From Felis catus (Eukaryota), in the NCBI RefSeq assembly GCF_018350175.1, contig NC_058368.1:147996001-148060000 (forward strand): 64,000 nucleotides of DNA. Direction: 5' to 3'. The position numbers were made by a program, and so were the translations under genes. Of the stretch, positions 61,572-64,000 are shown one piece after another (positions within the stretch are counted from its first letter, which is position 1; each line of letters opens with the position of its first letter). The notes under the pieces are model-generated. The model was not told where the DNA came from and did no database searches. It saw nothing but the letters and a program-made list of their open reading frames with translations.

Positions 61572-64000
61572 TTTTATAGCTTTAACAAGATGAAGTTCAT
61601 ATATAACACTGTTTAAAGTATGCAGCATGTTGATTTGATACACTTACATACTGCAAAATGATTACCGCTATATTGTTAGCTAACACCTCCATTTTATTAC
61701 ATAAGCACCACTTCTTTTTTTGTGGTGAGAACATTTATGATTTACTCTCTTAGCAACTTTCAAGTATATAATACAGTCTTATTAACTATAATCACCATAT
61801 TGTACATCAGATCCCCAGAACTTACTTTCATAAAACTGGAAGTTTATACTATTTGGCCAATGTCTCACCATTTCCCTAACCTCACAGCCCCTGGTAACCA
61901 CCACTCTAATCTCTGTTCCTAAGATTTTATTGTTTTCAGATCCCACATATAAGTGAGGTCATGAAGTATTTATCTTTCTCTATTTTACTTAGCATAACGC
62001 CCTCAGGGTTCATCCATGTTGTTGCAAATGTCAGGATTTACTTCTTTCTCATGGATGAATAATGTCCCAGTGTGTATGTATGTGTGTGTATGTGTGTGTG
62101 TTGCAAAGTTTTTTGGTTTTTTTTTTAATCCATTCATCTTTTTATGGACACTTAGGTTGCTTCCATACCTTGGCTACCATGAATAATGCTGACATGAACA
62201 AAGGAGTGCAGATACCTCTTTGATGTCCTGTTTTCATTTTCTTTGCATACATACCCAAAATAGGGTTAGTGAAACATATGGTACTTTTATTTTTAATTTT
62301 TTTGAGGAACCTACATACCCTCTCCCATAATAGGTATATCAATTTACATTTCCATCAACAGGGCACAACGGTTCCCCTTACAAATTCTAGACAGCATCTG
62401 TTATATCTTGTCTTCTTGATAGGAGAAAGCCTAACAGGAATGAAGTGATAGATCATTGTGGATTTTATTTGCATTTCCCTGATGATTTTTCATACACCTG
62501 TTGGTCATTTGTATGTCTTGCTTGGGAAAGTGTCTATTCAGTTCCTCTGGTCATTTTTTAAAAATTGGATGGTTTGTATTATTTTTGCTATTGAATTATA
62601 AGAGTTTTTTCAAATATATTTTGTATGTTTACCCCTTATCAGATATATGATTTGTATATGTTTTTCCATTGTGCAGGTTGACTTTTCATTTAGTTGTTTC
62701 TTTTGCCGGGCAAAAGCTTTTTAGCTTCATGTAGTCCTATTTATTCATTTTTGTTTTGTTGCTTATGCTTTGAGTGTCATATCCAAAACTCACTGCCAAG
62801 ATCAATATCAAGGAGATATTTTCCTGTGTTTTCTTCTGGGTGTTTTATGGTTTCAAGTCTTAAGTCTTTAATCCATTCTGACTTAATTGTTGTGAGTGAT
62901 CTACAATTGGAGCCCAATTTCATTATTCCCTATGTGGTTATTCAGTTTTCCAAACACCATTGTTAGAGAGGCTATCCTTTCCCCATGGAGTATTCTTGGC
63001 TTCCTTGTCAAATATTAGTAGAATGTAAATGGGAGGATTTATTTCTGGGCTCTCAACTCTTCCATTGGCCTATGTGTCTGTTTTTATGTTAGTCCATACT
63101 GTATTGATTATTATAGCTTTGTAGTATAGTTTGAGGTGTATGATACCTCAGCTTGGTTTTATTTCCGAGGATTGTTTTGGCTATTCAGACACTTTTTTGA
63201 TTACACAAAAATGTTAGGATTATTTTTTTCTATTTCTGTGAAAAATGCCATTAGAATTTTTTTGATGGCTTTGGGTACTGTGGGCATTTTAACAATATAA
63301 ATTATTCCAATCCATAAACATGGGGTATCTTTCCATTTGTTTGTGTGTTCCTCAATTTCTTTCATCAAAGTCTTACAGTTTTCAGTGGACAGTTCTGTCA
63401 CATTCATTGTATTCCAAAGGATTTTACTGTATCTGATGCTTTGTGAATGGAACTGTCTTATTTATTTTTCAGATAGTTCACTGCTAGTGTATGAAAACAC
63501 AACTGATTCTATATTGATTTTGTATCTGGCAACTTCACTGAATTTGTTGATTAGTTTTAACAGATTTTGGTGGAGTTGATAGAATTTTCAGTATATAAAT
63601 TCACGTCATCTAAAAAGAGACATTTTTGCTTACTTCTGATACGGATGCCTTTTCTTTTTCTTACTTGACTGCTCTGGCTAGGACTTCCACTACTAGATGA
63701 AAAGTAATGATGAGAGCAAGCACCATGGTTTGTCCCTGATCTTAGGGGAATGGCTTTCAACCTTTCAACACTGAGTATGATATCTGTGGATTTGTCATAC
63801 ATGGCCTTTATTATGTTGAGGTATAATCCTTGTATACCTAATTTCTTGATCATTTTTTATCATGGAAGGTCATTATACTTTGTCAAATGCTTATTCTACA
63901 TCTTTCAAGGTAACAATATGAATTTCTCTTTCACTCTATTACTGTGCTATATAACAATTGTTGATGTTTATATGTTGAGCCATTCTTACAGGCTAGGGAT
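61572..64000 (-). mobile_element. L1MA-type (L1MA9-like) LINE-1, 3'UTR and degraded ORF2, running off the window
   Basis: tgtggtgagaacatttatgatttactctcttagcaactttcaagtatataataca (3'UTR); minus-strand ORF fragments LGIQGLYLNIIKAMYDK..LKAIPLRSGT, KTLMKEIEEHTNKWKDTPCLWIG and ALFMVAKVWKQPKCP. Confidence 0.92.

Overview
This is AT-rich mammalian nuclear DNA from a felid. The youngest CanSINE copies match the SINEC_Fc type, which suggests Felinae. It looks intronic or intergenic, and I can support no host protein-coding exon, rRNA, tRNA gene or CRISPR array. Nearly all ORFs in the track are repeat-derived or chance. Main contents: (1) a full-length but inactivated cat LINE-1 (~31086-37011) with 5'UTR, ORF1, ORF2, 3'UTR and a decayed TSD; (2) 19 tRNA-derived CanSINE copies, most with readable TSDs; (3) an older, internally deleted L1MC-type element (~49.7-54.5 kb), an L1MA-type 3' part (61.6-64 kb) and many L1M, L2 and MIR remnants; (4) the 3' end of an ancient ERV-L provirus (integrase, dUTPase, PPT, MLT2-type LTR); (5) several solo LTRs and Tigger-type DNA transposon relics; (6) microsatellites. 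I found no convincing new biological system. The most interesting structures are two fold-back or template-switch inversions at TA/CA microsatellites, a (CA)n(TG)n palindrome, and two SINE doublets, each inside one TSD and facing tail-to-tail. Names of old repeat families come from remembered consensus sequences, not a database search, so they and their boundaries are approximate.
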